The notes beneath the pieces were generated by a model. The model did no database searches. It was given only the letters and a program-made list of their open reading frames with translations, and was not told the DNA's origin. From assembly GCA_938084765.1 (NCBI GenBank), contig CALKFO010000065.1, positions 1 to 58,976 of the forward strand: a DNA stretch of 58,976 nt, given 5' to 3'. Source of the DNA: Candidatus Bipolaricaulota bacterium (GTDB lineage: Bacteria > Bipolaricaulota > Bipolaricaulia > Bipolaricaulales > Bipolaricaulaceae). Both the position numbers and the translations under genes were made by a program. Positions 1 through 8,383 of the stretch are shown here, piece by piece (the first letter of the stretch is position 1; the number at the start of each line of letters is the position of its first letter).

Positions 1-796
1 CCAGGAACGGGTCCCCAGGTTTGGGGGTCTCCGGGACGCCGCCCTCTGCGCCCGCCAAGAGGTGGGCGCGCACCCGCTGGGGAACGGATTCCCAAACGCC
101 TTTGGCTTTCAATACCGCCACGGCCTGGGCAAAGGTGGTGGAGTCCGGCGCGGTGGGACCGGAGGCAATGGTGGCCAGGTCGTCACCGGGCACATCGGAA
201 AGCACAAGGCCCAGGACGTGCGCGGGCTGGGCAGCCTGGGCCAACCTTCCGCCCTTCGCCGCGGAAAGATGTTTGCGCACAGCGTTGATCTCGTGAATCG
301 TGGCGCCCGCCCGTAGAAGAAGGTCCGTGGTGGCTGCAAGATCCGCAAGCTCCAGCCCAGGCGCAGGGAGCTCAAACAGAGCCGATCCTCCCCCGGAGAT
401 GAGCACAACCACGAGATCCCTTTTCTGCGCCCTGTTCACCAAGTCCCAGACCCTCCGGCTGGCCGCCAGGGTGCGTTCATCGGGCAAGGGGTGACCGGCC
501 TCCGCCACCTCCACCCTCCGAGTGGGGACAGCATAGCCCTCCGCCGTGATCACCAGCCCTTCAGCAATGGCGTCCCCGCAGAGCTCCTCGAGGGCGCGGG
601 CCATGCGCGCCGCTGCCTTGCCGAACCCCACCACAAGGAGACGCCGAAAACGCCGAAGATCGTAGAGATAAGGCCCGACCCGCATCGTTGTCCCCTCAAG
701 GCGCACCGCCCTGGCCAGGCATCGCTCCGGGGAGAGCTCCGCCAGCACGCGCTCCGCAATCCCCAGGAGGACCTCCCGCAACCCTCCCTTGCCCAA
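1..796 (-). CDS. glycerate 2-kinase / hydroxypyruvate reductase family (DUF4147-MOFRL type); 3' end runs off the window
   Basis: Absent from the ORF track because the frame leaves the window. My minus-strand translation gives ...VVGFGKAAARMARALEE...EAGHPLPDE...VVLISGGGSALFELP...INAVRKHLSAAKGGRLA...LVLSDVPGDDLATIASGPTAPD, the hallmark motifs of this kinase family. Start proposed at TTG 796, 5 nt after GGGAGGAGGG (802-811). The in-frame ATG at 685 is an alternative. Confidence 0.75.
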   Translation of the reverse strand, partial: MGKGGLREVLLGIAERVLAELSPERCLARAVRLEGTTMRVGPYLYDLRRFRRLLVVGFGKAAARMARALEELCGDAIAEGLVITAEGYAVPTRRVEVAEAGHPLPDERTLAASRRVWDLVNRAQKRDLVVVLISGGGSALFELPAPGLELADLAATTDLLLRAGATIHEINAVRKHLSAAKGGRLAQAAQPAHVLGLVLSDVPGDDLATIASGPTAPDSTTFAQAVAVLKAKGVWESVPQRVRAHLLAGAEGGVPETPKPGDPFL

Positions 797-825
797 CGCT
801 TCCCTCCTCCCTATTCTCAGGGCCT

Positions 826-1476
826 GTGGCCGCTCGGTTCCTGGCGGAAATCGATCGACGCCTGCGCGTAGCCTTCGGTGATCCACCCAGGCCCCGTTAT
901 GACCCGGTGGAGCTGCTTGTGCGCACCATTCTTTCCCAGAACACCTCCGATCGCAATCGCGACAGGGCTTACGCCCGTTTGCGCGCGCGCTTCCCCCGGC
1001 TGGAGGATGTCCTTTCCGCTCCTCTGGAGGAGGTGGCGGCGGCCATCCGGCCGGCGGGGATGCACCGACAGCGCGCTGCGCGCATTCAGGAGGTGTTGCG
1101 CCGCCTTCAAGACGAGCGGGGCCAGCTCTCCTTGGCGTTCCTCGAAGATCTTCCTCCGGAGGAGGCGGAACGGTGGCTTCTTTCCCTGCCGGGTGTGGGG
1201 AAGAAGACGGCGTACATCGTGCTGCTTTTTGGGTTTGGCCACGAGAGGTTTCCGGTGGACACGCACATCGCGCGGGTCACCCGTCGGCTGGGCCTCTGGG
1301 ACGGCCGGGGTGACCCCCACGAGGCTTTGGCTCCCTTGGTGCCGCGCGGTCGGGCCTATCCCTTGCATTTGAACTTGATTCGATTAGGGCGGGAGTATTG
1401 TCGGCCACGACGCCCGCGGTGCCCCCAATGTCCACTCCTCGACCTTTGCCCATCCGCACAAAAGGAGGACAGATGA
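826..1476 (+). CDS. nth: endonuclease III-like HhH-GPD DNA glycosylase with C-terminal 4Fe-4S cluster
   Basis: Track ORF 688..1476. It shows LLVRTILSQNTSD, a helix-hairpin-helix LPGVGKKTA, the catalytic-region VDTHI, and C-x6-C-x2-C-x5-C (CRPRRPRCPQCPLLDLC). The first ~46 codons of the ORF are Pro/Ala-rich and antisense to the glycerate kinase start. GTG 826 gives a typical ~216 aa protein, but the start is uncertain. Confidence 0.8.
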   Translation: MAARFLAEIDRRLRVAFGDPPRPRYDPVELLVRTILSQNTSDRNRDRAYARLRARFPRLEDVLSAPLEEVAAAIRPAGMHRQRAARIQEVLRRLQDERGQLSLAFLEDLPPEEAERWLLSLPGVGKKTAYIVLLFGFGHERFPVDTHIARVTRRLGLWDGRGDPHEALAPLVPRGRAYPLHLNLIRLGREYCRPRRPRCPQCPLLDLCPSAQKEDR

Positions 1477-2018
1477 CGCGTGCGGAAGCGTGGAAGCTGG
1501 TGACGGAGAAGGTTCATACGAAGAACCTGGTGAAGCACATGTTGGCGGTGGAGGCAGGGATGCGGGCCCTGGCGGAGAGGCTCGGTGAGGATCCGGAGCG
1601 CTGGGCCCTGGCCGGACTGCTCCACGACTTGGATTACGAGGAGACGAAGGACCGGCCGGACATTCACGGGAAACGCACGGTGGAGCTCCTCCGCGACCGG
1701 GGTTTTGTCGACGAGGAGGTCCTGCAGGCCATCCTGGCCCACGCGGGGCACAAGGAGCCGGAAAAGCCCATGGAGATCGCCCTCACCGCCGTGGACCCCC
1801 TGAGTGGGCTGATCGTGGCCGCAGCCTTGGTTCATCCGGCGCGCCTAGCCGGCCTGAGCACCCAGAACGTCCTCAACCGCTACAAAGAGAAGGGCTTTGC
1901 CCGCTCCGCCTCCCGGGAGGACATCGCCCTGGGCCAAAAGCTGGGCTTAGAGCTCCCCGTGTTCGTAGAGATCGTGCTCTCCGCGATGAAGGGAATCGCC
2001 CAGGAGCTCGGGCTTTAG
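1473..2018 (+). CDS. HD-domain metal-dependent phosphohydrolase
   Basis: Track ORF 1398..2018. An internal ATG at 1473 is preceded by AAAGGAGG (1461-1468) and overlaps the nth stop as ATGA. HD signature ...[12 protein letters not shown]..., with a later His (ILAHAGH). Confidence 0.75.
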   Translation: MTRAEAWKLVTEKVHTKNLVKHMLAVEAGMRALAERLGEDPERWALAGLLHDLDYEETKDRPDIHGKRTVELLRDRGFVDEEVLQAILAHAGHKEPEKPMEIALTAVDPLSGLIVAAALVHPARLAGLSTQNVLNRYKEKGFARSASREDIALGQKLGLELPVFVEIVLSAMKGIAQELGL

Positions 2019-3190
2019 ATGACTCCGAGCTTGCGGCCCACCTTGGCGAACTTGTCCAGTGCGAAATCCAGGTCCTCCTGGGAATGGATGGCGGAGACCA
2101 TGACCCGGATGCGCGCCTTGCCCTTGGGCACAGTAGGATAGGTGATGGCCTGGGCGAAGACCCCCTCTTCGAAGAGCATTTTGGAGAAATCCCAGGCGGT
2201 TTGGGCCTCGCCCAGCATGACCGGGGTAATAGGGGTCTGGGACTGGCCGATGTCGAAGCCGAGCTCCACCATTTTGCTCTTGAAGTACCGGGCGTTCTCC
2301 CAGAGCTTTTGGATGCGAGCATCCGAGCGCATGAGGATGTCCACCGCGGCAATGCAGGCGGCCACATCCGCTGGGGTGGCGGCGCTGGAGAACAAAAATG
2401 GCCGTCCCCGCTGCCGCAGAAACTCCACGATCTCGTGCTTGCCGGCCACGTAGCCGCCCATGACCCCAAACGCTTTGGACAGGGTGCCGACCTCGATGTC
2501 CACTCGGCCATGGAGGCCGAAGTGGTCCACAATGCCCCGGCCGTGCGAGCCCAACACACCTTCGCCATGCGCGTCGTCCACCATGACCAGGGCATCATAG
2601 CGCTCGGCCAGCTCCACGATCTCCGGAAGAGGAGCAAGGTCACCGTCCATGGAGAAAACACCATCCGTGACGATGAGCTTCACCGGCGCGCTCTTCTTCT
2701 CTTCGAGGGCCTTGGCCAGGGCATCCACGTCCCGATGGGGATAGATGACGCGCTCGGCTTTGGTGAGACGGCAACCGTCGATGATGGAGGCGTGGTTGAG
2801 CTCATCGGTGAAGATCACGGCACCCGGCCCGGCGATGAGGGGAATGGTGGCCAGATTGGCACAAAATCCGGACTGAAAGGTGACAGCGTCTTCACATCCC
2901 TTGAATTCCGCAAGCTTGCGCTCCAACTCCCGGTGTAAGGCCATGGTGCCGGCGATGGAACGCACCGCGGCTGGCCCCACCCCGTACTCCTCAATCGCGC
3001 GAATGGCCGCAGCTTTGAGTTCCGGATCGTTGGCGAAGCCGAGGTAGTTGTTGGAGCACATGTTGAGGACACGCTTTCCATCCACTACGGTCCAGGCACC
3101 CACAGGGCTTTCAATGGTGCGGATGATGTTGTACATCCCCTGTGCCTTGAGCGACTCCAGCTCCGCCAGGATGAAATCGTACTTGCCCAT
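2015..3190 (-). CDS. kbl: glycine C-acetyltransferase (2-amino-3-ketobutyrate CoA ligase), PLP-dependent
   Basis: Protein [21 protein letters not shown]...NNYLGF...[11 protein letters not shown]...DDAHGEG...GTLSKAFG (PLP lysine). ATG at 3190 is preceded by AGGAGGGAGG. The track ORF extends 17 codons further upstream. Confidence 0.85.
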   Translation of the reverse strand: MGKYDFILAELESLKAQGMYNIIRTIESPVGAWTVVDGKRVLNMCSNNYLGFANDPELKAAAIRAIEEYGVGPAAVRSIAGTMALHRELERKLAEFKGCEDAVTFQSGFCANLATIPLIAGPGAVIFTDELNHASIIDGCRLTKAERVIYPHRDVDALAKALEEKKSAPVKLIVTDGVFSMDGDLAPLPEIVELAERYDALVMVDDAHGEGVLGSHGRGIVDHFGLHGRVDIEVGTLSKAFGVMGGYVAGKHEIVEFLRQRGRPFLFSSAATPADVAACIAAVDILMRSDARIQKLWENARYFKSKMVELGFDIGQSQTPITPVMLGEAQTAWDFSKMLFEEGVFAQAITYPTVPKGKARIRVMVSAIHSQEDLDFALDKFAKVGRKLGVI

Positions 3191-3553
3191 CCTCCCTCCT
3201 CGAAATGCAAGAGTAACCGGAGATGCAATTTTGTGCAACATTTAGCTCGTGATGTCTCAAAAGTCGTGATCAGGGAGATCCTTAGCTCTAGCTCTCCCGT
3301 GTTCTTTTTGAATCCCCGCTCTAATCCCTGAGTCCGCGGTCTCTTAAACCTTCCTCTGCTCGCCTCAGATTTCCTGCCCAGTCGCGCTTCTTGTACACGT
3401 TGCTCTTCCGCCCTTCCCAACGAGTTCCGCCACTCCTTTGCTCGCTCCCGTGCACCCACGCGGGGCATCGGTTTATCCAGCAAACTTCGGTAAGAGCCCT
3501 AACGAGGTAACACGGGTTCTTGACACCAACCGTTTTTTTTCGTAGGTAAATAG

Positions 3554-4132
3554 TTGAGGATGAAGCTTGTAAGCGTAGGTCTCGGGCTGCTCACGGGGTT
3601 AGGGATGCTCGTCCAAAGTGGAGGAGCTCTTCTTCTCCCTTGGGCTGAAGAGTTCCTCGCTTTAGCGGATTTGGAGCAAGGCCGCTGGGCCTTAGCGTTC
3701 GCAATGGTGCCGAGCTGCCCAGCATGCGAACAGGTGGTCTCCCGCTTAGGCCCTGCAGCCGAGGCTTTTCCTGAGATCCAGTTTGGTGCTCGGTTGAAGG
3801 ACGAACAGGCCCCCACCCAGATTCTTGGGTGCCTCTTGGAGAGCGTCACTACACAGTGCGTGGAGTTCAAGCGTCTCATTAACATATGGTACGAACGTTG
3901 CGAATATAAGTGCCGCTGTGTGCCAAGAGGTTATCCACTTGGATATGACGTGGTATACGAATATCAGTACGAGCTTTGGTGCCAACTATGGCTGTATCTT
4001 TGCGGGAAGATACGTGTCACTCCTTTAGGGAAGCCTTGGTTAGCGAAGAGTTGGAAGGAGTATGACTGGTACACAGGATGCGGGTGTACAGCAGAGGAGC
4101 CAGTTCCGCTGCAATGCGAGGGGGAGAGGTGA
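3554..4132 (+). CDS. exported thioredoxin-like protein (SCPAC motif) with a Cys/Trp/Tyr-rich C-terminal module; function unknown
   Basis: Hydrophobic N-terminal signal-like segment (KLVSVGLGLLTGLGMLV). CxxC at 3716-3727 sits in a WALAFAMVPSCPACEQ context. The C-terminal ~95 aa carry 10 further Cys and many W/Y. Start is TTG 3554 or ATG 3560. Local G+C is clearly lower than the flanks. Confidence 0.6.
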   Translation: MRMKLVSVGLGLLTGLGMLVQSGGALLLPWAEEFLALADLEQGRWALAFAMVPSCPACEQVVSRLGPAAEAFPEIQFGARLKDEQAPTQILGCLLESVTTQCVEFKRLINIWYERCEYKCRCVPRGYPLGYDVVYEYQYELWCQLWLYLCGKIRVTPLGKPWLAKSWKEYDWYTGCGCTAEEPVPLQCEGER

Positions 4133-4138
4133 TGCGGC

Positions 4139-4771
4139 ATGGGACTCATTGCTGTGGGGTTGTTGGTGCTGACACTAGGGGCTTTCGGTTCTACAGGATG
4201 TTTGGAAGCCATTGCAGCTGCAATTCCCCAAGCGACTTACCTAGGCGTGGATATCCAAGGCAATGTCATCGACCTTAACCTGCTTTCAGGTCAGGTGGTG
4301 GTCGTATATTTCGACATTTGGCTACCATCTTGGGTAAAGCGATCGGAGTTGGCCGAACTCTGTATTGACCCCGCGCAGAATTATCGACGCAAATTCGTGG
4401 CCTTTCTACAAGCATTGCATGATACATTCCACGAGATCACCGTGATTGGAGTATGGTTTAGGGAAACCAAGGAGAGTTTAAGCGAACTCGTAACAGAGCT
4501 TAGGATCACTTTCCCGGCCATTCCTGACCCCGACGGGGAGATCGCCGACCGTTTTGCGGTCAGCACATGGCCAACTCTTCTACTGTTCGACCGCGCGGGG
4601 AAATTGCGTAGCATTGGTACCCCTGGTTATTTCGATATTTGGGATCTTTTCTTTTATCTGATGTGGCAGATACGACTGTCCGATTTACTGCAACCCATGG
4701 TGACCGGAGAGGGTAGCTGTGAGAACAGAGGCCAAGACATCGTGGGTGACCCAAGCCCATCACAACTTTAA
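4139..4771 (+). CDS. exported TlpA/redoxin-fold protein lacking the catalytic CxxC (possible lipoprotein)
   Basis: Signal-like N-terminus ending GSTGC. It aligns by eye to the TlpA/ResA pattern: GQVVVVYF-DIWLPSW where FWA-WCxxC is expected, then ITVIGVW...ITFPAIPDPDGEIADRFAVSTWPTLLLFDRAGKL. GGGGAGAGG lies 6 nt upstream, and there is a 6-nt gap after the preceding stop. Confidence 0.65.
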   Translation: MGLIAVGLLVLTLGAFGSTGCLEAIAAAIPQATYLGVDIQGNVIDLNLLSGQVVVVYFDIWLPSWVKRSELAELCIDPAQNYRRKFVAFLQALHDTFHEITVIGVWFRETKESLSELVTELRITFPAIPDPDGEIADRFAVSTWPTLLLFDRAGKLRSIGTPGYFDIWDLFFYLMWQIRLSDLLQPMVTGEGSCENRGQDIVGDPSPSQL

Positions 4772-5085
4772 GAGCATGGGGGCTCCCTTAAGGGGGCACT
4801 TCTATCCAACTCCAGTCCCTACCTGAGCCAAGCACCGGCGGCCTACCGATGCTTGTCCTGAGGGTCAACATCCATGTGCACACGGTATCCCAAAGATATG
4901 TGGTTTTTCTAGATCTTCGCAAGCCCATAAGGGCAAATCAGTTCTAACCGCAGGGAGACCCTTGCCGCGTGGGAAGGGTAAAGTCGCTCGCGAGAGAACA
5001 TTCTGTACGAGGTGAGAACTCCGCAGACTGTCTCAGAGCATGGTGGAAGGGCGGTGCCTTGCCTGAGCACCTACACCCTTAACGT

Positions 5086-5114
5086 TTGCCTTCGCGCGAA
5101 GCGTGGACTAGGAT
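5086..5114 (+). promoter_or_regulatory. candidate sigma-70-type promoter of tdh with a 12-bp palindrome in the spacer
   Basis: TTGCCT (5086-5091), 17 nt, then TAGGAT (5109-5114). The perfect palindrome CTTCGCGCGAAG at 5090-5101 lies ~30 nt upstream of the ATG. Confidence 0.3.
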
Positions 5115-5130
5115 ATTGAACGGTGAGGTT

Positions 5131-6087
5131 ATGACGAAAATTTTGGTCACAGGAGCGGCGGGGCAGATCGGGTCTGAGCTGACTTTGGCGTTACGCAAAA
5201 TATACGGTCAAGAAAACGTGATCGCTGCAGACCATAAGAAATCCCCACATCCTCGCCTCATGGAGGGGCCTTTCATCACCGTAGATGTGACGGATCGCAC
5301 ACAACTAGAAAAAGCTGTGCACGAATACAAAATCACGGAAATTTATCATCTAGCAGCCATCCTCTCCGCCCGCGGCGAACAAAACCCAGAACTGGCCTGG
5401 CGGGTGAACGTGGAAGGCCTATACAACGTGCTGGAAGTGGCAAGGCTTACGGGTATCCAAAAAATATTCTGGCCCAGTTCCATTGCTGTCTTTGGCCCTA
5501 AAACCCCACGAGAAAACACGCCCCAGGACACGATCCTCTCGCCCACCACCATGTATGGGATCACGAAAGTGACCGGAGAGCTTCTCTGCGAATACTACCA
5601 CCGACGTTATGGCCTGGACATCCGAGGCCTGCGGTTCCCAGGCATCATCTCCAGCGAGACCCCGCCGGGAGGGGGCACCACCGACTACGCCGTGGAGATC
5701 TTCTATGCTGCTGTGCGGGGTGAGCCCTACACCTGCTTCGTGCGAGCGGATACGGTCCTCCCCATGATGTACATGCCCGATTGCCTCAAGGCCACGCTCA
5801 CACTGATGCAGGCGGATTCTTCACGTCTTAGGTATCGAATCTACAACGTGACGGCCCTCAGTTTCTCCGCTGAGGAATTGGCACGGGAGATTCAAAAGCG
5901 GGTTCCCGGCTTCCGCGTGGAGTACAAACCCGATTTTCGGCAATGCATCGCGGACAGCTGGCCCCGCACGATCGACGATTCCCCCGCCCGGGAGGATTGG
6001 GGATGGAAACCGGACTACGACCTACCCAAAATGGTGGACGCGATGCTCACAGCGTTGCGCAAGCGAAAGGAGCGGGGCGAGCTCTAG
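5131..6087 (+). CDS. tdh: L-threonine 3-dehydrogenase, short-chain (NAD-dependent epimerase/dehydratase) type
   Basis: MTKILVTGAAGQIGSEL Rossmann motif, catalytic YGITK, and PGGGTTDYAVEIF typical of SDR-type TDH. ATG 5131 follows GGTGAGG. It is divergent from kbl. Confidence 0.75.
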   Translation: MTKILVTGAAGQIGSELTLALRKIYGQENVIAADHKKSPHPRLMEGPFITVDVTDRTQLEKAVHEYKITEIYHLAAILSARGEQNPELAWRVNVEGLYNVLEVARLTGIQKIFWPSSIAVFGPKTPRENTPQDTILSPTTMYGITKVTGELLCEYYHRRYGLDIRGLRFPGIISSETPPGGGTTDYAVEIFYAAVRGEPYTCFVRADTVLPMMYMPDCLKATLTLMQADSSRLRYRIYNVTALSFSAEELAREIQKRVPGFRVEYKPDFRQCIADSWPRTIDDSPAREDWGWKPDYDLPKMVDAMLTALRKRKERGEL

Positions 6088-6092
6088 ATTCT

Positions 6093-6479
6093 TCAGCGCC
6101 CACCCAAATAGGCCACGGCCTCGATCTCGATGCGGGCGCCCTTGGGCAGGGCGGAGACGGCCACGCAGGCCCGCGCCGGCGGTTCGAGGTCGAAATACGC
6201 GGCATACGCGCGATTCACGGCCTCGAAATCCTTTATGTCCGCGAGGTAAATGGTGACCTTGATCAGGTCCGCGAGGCTGGCGCCGGCTGCGGCCAGAATT
6301 TCCTTGATCTGCTCTAAGCACCTCTGAGTCTGGGCCTCAATGCCGCCCTGAAGGAGGGCGCCGCTTTGCGGGTCCAAGGGGATCTGGCCGGAGATGAAAA
6401 GAAAATCTCCGGCGCGCACTGCCGGGGAATAAGGGCCAACCGTATGGATCCCTGAAGGAACAACGGCGCGGCGGGTCAT
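6093..6479 (-). CDS. ridA: RidA/YjgF family reactive-intermediate deaminase
   Basis: ...GPYSPAVRAGDFLFISGQIPLDP...IKVTIYLADIKDF...ARACVAVSALPKGARIEIEAVA. Its start overlaps the rplQ stop by 4 nt. Confidence 0.85.
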   Translation of the reverse strand: MTRRAVVPSGIHTVGPYSPAVRAGDFLFISGQIPLDPQSGALLQGGIEAQTQRCLEQIKEILAAAGASLADLIKVTIYLADIKDFEAVNRAYAAYFDLEPPARACVAVSALPKGARIEIEAVAYLGGR

Positions 6480-6826
6480 GCCCAGGTGAGGCGGGCCATT
6501 TCCGCCCCATCGCCCAACCGCGGGCCCAGCTTCAACACCCGGGTATACCCGCCGTCCCGCTCCTTGTACTTGGGGCCGATCTCCGCGAACAGCTTTTCCG
6601 TGGCCTCCTTGTCCCGAAGAACGGCGAAGGCCATGCGGCGATGGGCCTGGGTGTCCTCCTTAGCCCAGGTCACGAGCCGCTCCACCAAGCGCTGGGTGGC
6701 CTTGGCCCGCGCCGGGGTGGTGTCGATCTTGCCATGGAGGATCAGGTCACGGGCCTGACCGGCCAACACCAACCTCCGCCGGTCGGCCTTCATCGAAAGC
6801 TTCGGGACTTTCTTGCGGTGCCGCAT
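6476..6826 (-). CDS. rplQ: 50S ribosomal protein L17
   Basis: MRHRKKVPKLSMKADRRRLVL...GGYTRVLKLGPRLGDGAEMA. ATGA overlap with the rpoA stop. Confidence 0.95.
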   Translation of the reverse strand: MRHRKKVPKLSMKADRRRLVLAGQARDLILHGKIDTTPARAKATQRLVERLVTWAKEDTQAHRRMAFAVLRDKEATEKLFAEIGPKYKERDGGYTRVLKLGPRLGDGAEMARLTWA

Positions 6827-7749
6827 CAGCCCTCCTTCTCCGAGCGCAAGCGATACCCTAGCTCCGCCAAACGCTGCTCCAGTTTGGCCAGGGTCTTCTC
6901 CCCCAGGCCATGGATATCGGCGATCTCCTCCCGGGTGCGGGAGAGGAGATCCCCCAGGGTGACGATCCCTGCCTCCTTGAGGAGATTGCAGGCGCGGATT
7001 TCAAACCCTAACTCGGTCAAGGGCTGGTCGTACTCGCTGGGCGCGGGGGGTGGAGCCCCGGTGGGCGCCCCAACCTCCTCCAGCAGGGCGAAATGGCGCT
7101 GCAGGATGCGCACCGCTTGTTGCACAGCCTCTTTGGGTTGGATGGCCCCATTGGTCCACACGTCCAGGATCAGCCGCTCATAGCCGGAGCGGCCGCCCAC
7201 CCGGGTCTCCTCCACCAGGAAGTTCACCTTCTCCACAGGGGAGAAGTCCGCGTCCACTGGGATGAGGCCCAAGGGCGCATCCTCGCGCTTGTTCTCCTCC
7301 GCGGGCCGGAACCCCCGCCCCACCTCCACCTCCATCTCGATCTCCAGACGGCCCCCCTCCTCCACCGTGGCGATGTAATGCTCGGGGTTGACGATGGTGA
7401 GGCCCGCGGGAACCTGGATGTCCGCGGCCACCACCTCTTTGGGGCCGGTCACGTTGAGGTACATGCGGTGAAGCTCGGCGTCCGCGGCACGGATGCTCAA
7501 CCCCTTGAGGTTCAAGATGATGTTGAGGATGTCCTCCCTCACGCCCTCGATGACGTCGTATTCGTGGTACTTGCCGGGGATGTAGATGCGCACCACCGCC
7601 GCCCCCGGAATGGAGGAGAGCAGAACCCGCCGCAGGGCGTTGCCCAGGGTGGTGGCATACCCACGCTCCAACGGAGCCACCACCAATCGGCCGTACCGTT
7701 CGGTGTGCTCCACCCAATTCGCCGTCTCCGGAAACAAAAACTCAGCCAT
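6826..7749 (-). CDS. rpoA: DNA-directed RNA polymerase subunit alpha
   Basis: ...ERGYATTLGNALRRVLLSSIPGAAV..., with a C-terminal domain showing ELGFEIRACNLLKEAGI...LLSRT. Confidence 0.95.
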   Translation of the reverse strand: MAEFLFPETANWVEHTERYGRLVVAPLERGYATTLGNALRRVLLSSIPGAAVVRIYIPGKYHEYDVIEGVREDILNIILNLKGLSIRAADAELHRMYLNVTGPKEVVAADIQVPAGLTIVNPEHYIATVEEGGRLEIEMEVEVGRGFRPAEENKREDAPLGLIPVDADFSPVEKVNFLVEETRVGGRSGYERLILDVWTNGAIQPKEAVQQAVRILQRHFALLEEVGAPTGAPPPAPSEYDQPLTELGFEIRACNLLKEAGIVTLGDLLSRTREEIADIHGLGEKTLAKLEQRLAELGYRLRSEKEG

Positions 7750-7751
7750 CG

Positions 7752-8375
7752 CTAGCGGGAGTAGTATTCTACGATCAGGCTCGTGTCCACGGCGTGCTCG
7801 AGCTCGTCCAAGGTGGGCTCAGCGTTCACCTGGACCCGCAAGCCCTCCAGATCCCGCGTGAGCCAGCTGGGCACCGGCCGGCGCTGGGCCATGTCCCGCA
7901 GCAGCGGCTTCAGCTTTTCCCGGGACTGGGGCTTGACCTCGATGATGTCCCCTTCCTCCACGAGGTAGGAGGGGATGTTGGTCACGCGGCCGTTCACGAG
8001 GAAATGGCCATGGGACACGAGCTGACGGGCCTGGGCGCGGGACACGGCAAAGCCCGCACGGTACACGACGTTGTCCAACCGCCGCTCCAGGAACTTCAAG
8101 AGGGCTTCCCCGGTCACGCCCTTGAACTCCTTGGCCCAATCCACGTACCGACGGAACTGCTCCTCGCGCACCCCGTAGATCCTCTTGAGCTTCTGCTTTT
8201 CCCGCAGGCGCAGGGCGTACAGGGTCATGCGCCGGCGAAACCGCCCGTGCTGGCCAGGGAGGGACGGGCGGCGTTGGAGCGCACACTTTGGGGAATAGCA
8301 CCGATCCCCACGCAAAAAGAGCTTCACCCCTTCGCGTCGACAAAGTCTGCACTTCGGTCCGATGTACTTGCCCAT
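7752..8375 (-). CDS. rpsD: 30S ribosomal protein S4 (zinc-binding form)
   Basis: Internal ATG 8375 after [40 protein letters not shown]...[12 protein letters not shown]. The 462-aa track ORF is a read-through artefact. Confidence 0.95.
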   Translation of the reverse strand: MGKYIGPKCRLCRREGVKLFLRGDRCYSPKCALQRRPSLPGQHGRFRRRMTLYALRLREKQKLKRIYGVREEQFRRYVDWAKEFKGVTGEALLKFLERRLDNVVYRAGFAVSRAQARQLVSHGHFLVNGRVTNIPSYLVEEGDIIEVKPQSREKLKPLLRDMAQRRPVPSWLTRDLEGLRVQVNAEPTLDELEHAVDTSLIVEYYSR

Positions 8376-8383
8376 CGCTCCTC

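Noticed and set aside
688-825. Long N-terminal extension of nth (track start at 688)
   Set aside because: The extension is Pro/Ala/Gly-rich, is antisense to the glycerate-kinase start region, and would give an atypically long Nth. GTG 826 gives the canonical length, but no RBS supports either start.
3085-3483. 132-aa very basic minus-strand ORF upstream of and overlapping the kbl start
   Set aside because: It overlaps the kbl N-terminus out of frame, has no RBS and has an Arg/Lys/Glu low-complexity sequence. A short peptide from 3241-3483 cannot be excluded, but there is no support for it.
4940-5080. Riboswitch (glycine, SAM, cobalamin or T-box) or small structured RNA in the tdh upstream region
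   Set aside because: I could not find any of the conserved cores by eye, for example the glycine GGAGAG...CACCG, the cobalamin B12 box, or a T-box. Only generic short hairpins are present, so it is kept as a low-interest finding needing cmscan.
3241-5090. Possible inverted repeats or MITE ends flanking the thioredoxin-pair insert (shared CGCCCTTCC and CCCACGCGG strings in opposite orientation)
   Set aside because: The matches are only 9 nt, at different spacings and without extended alignment. This is compatible with chance in G+C-rich DNA, and no transposase or integrase is present.
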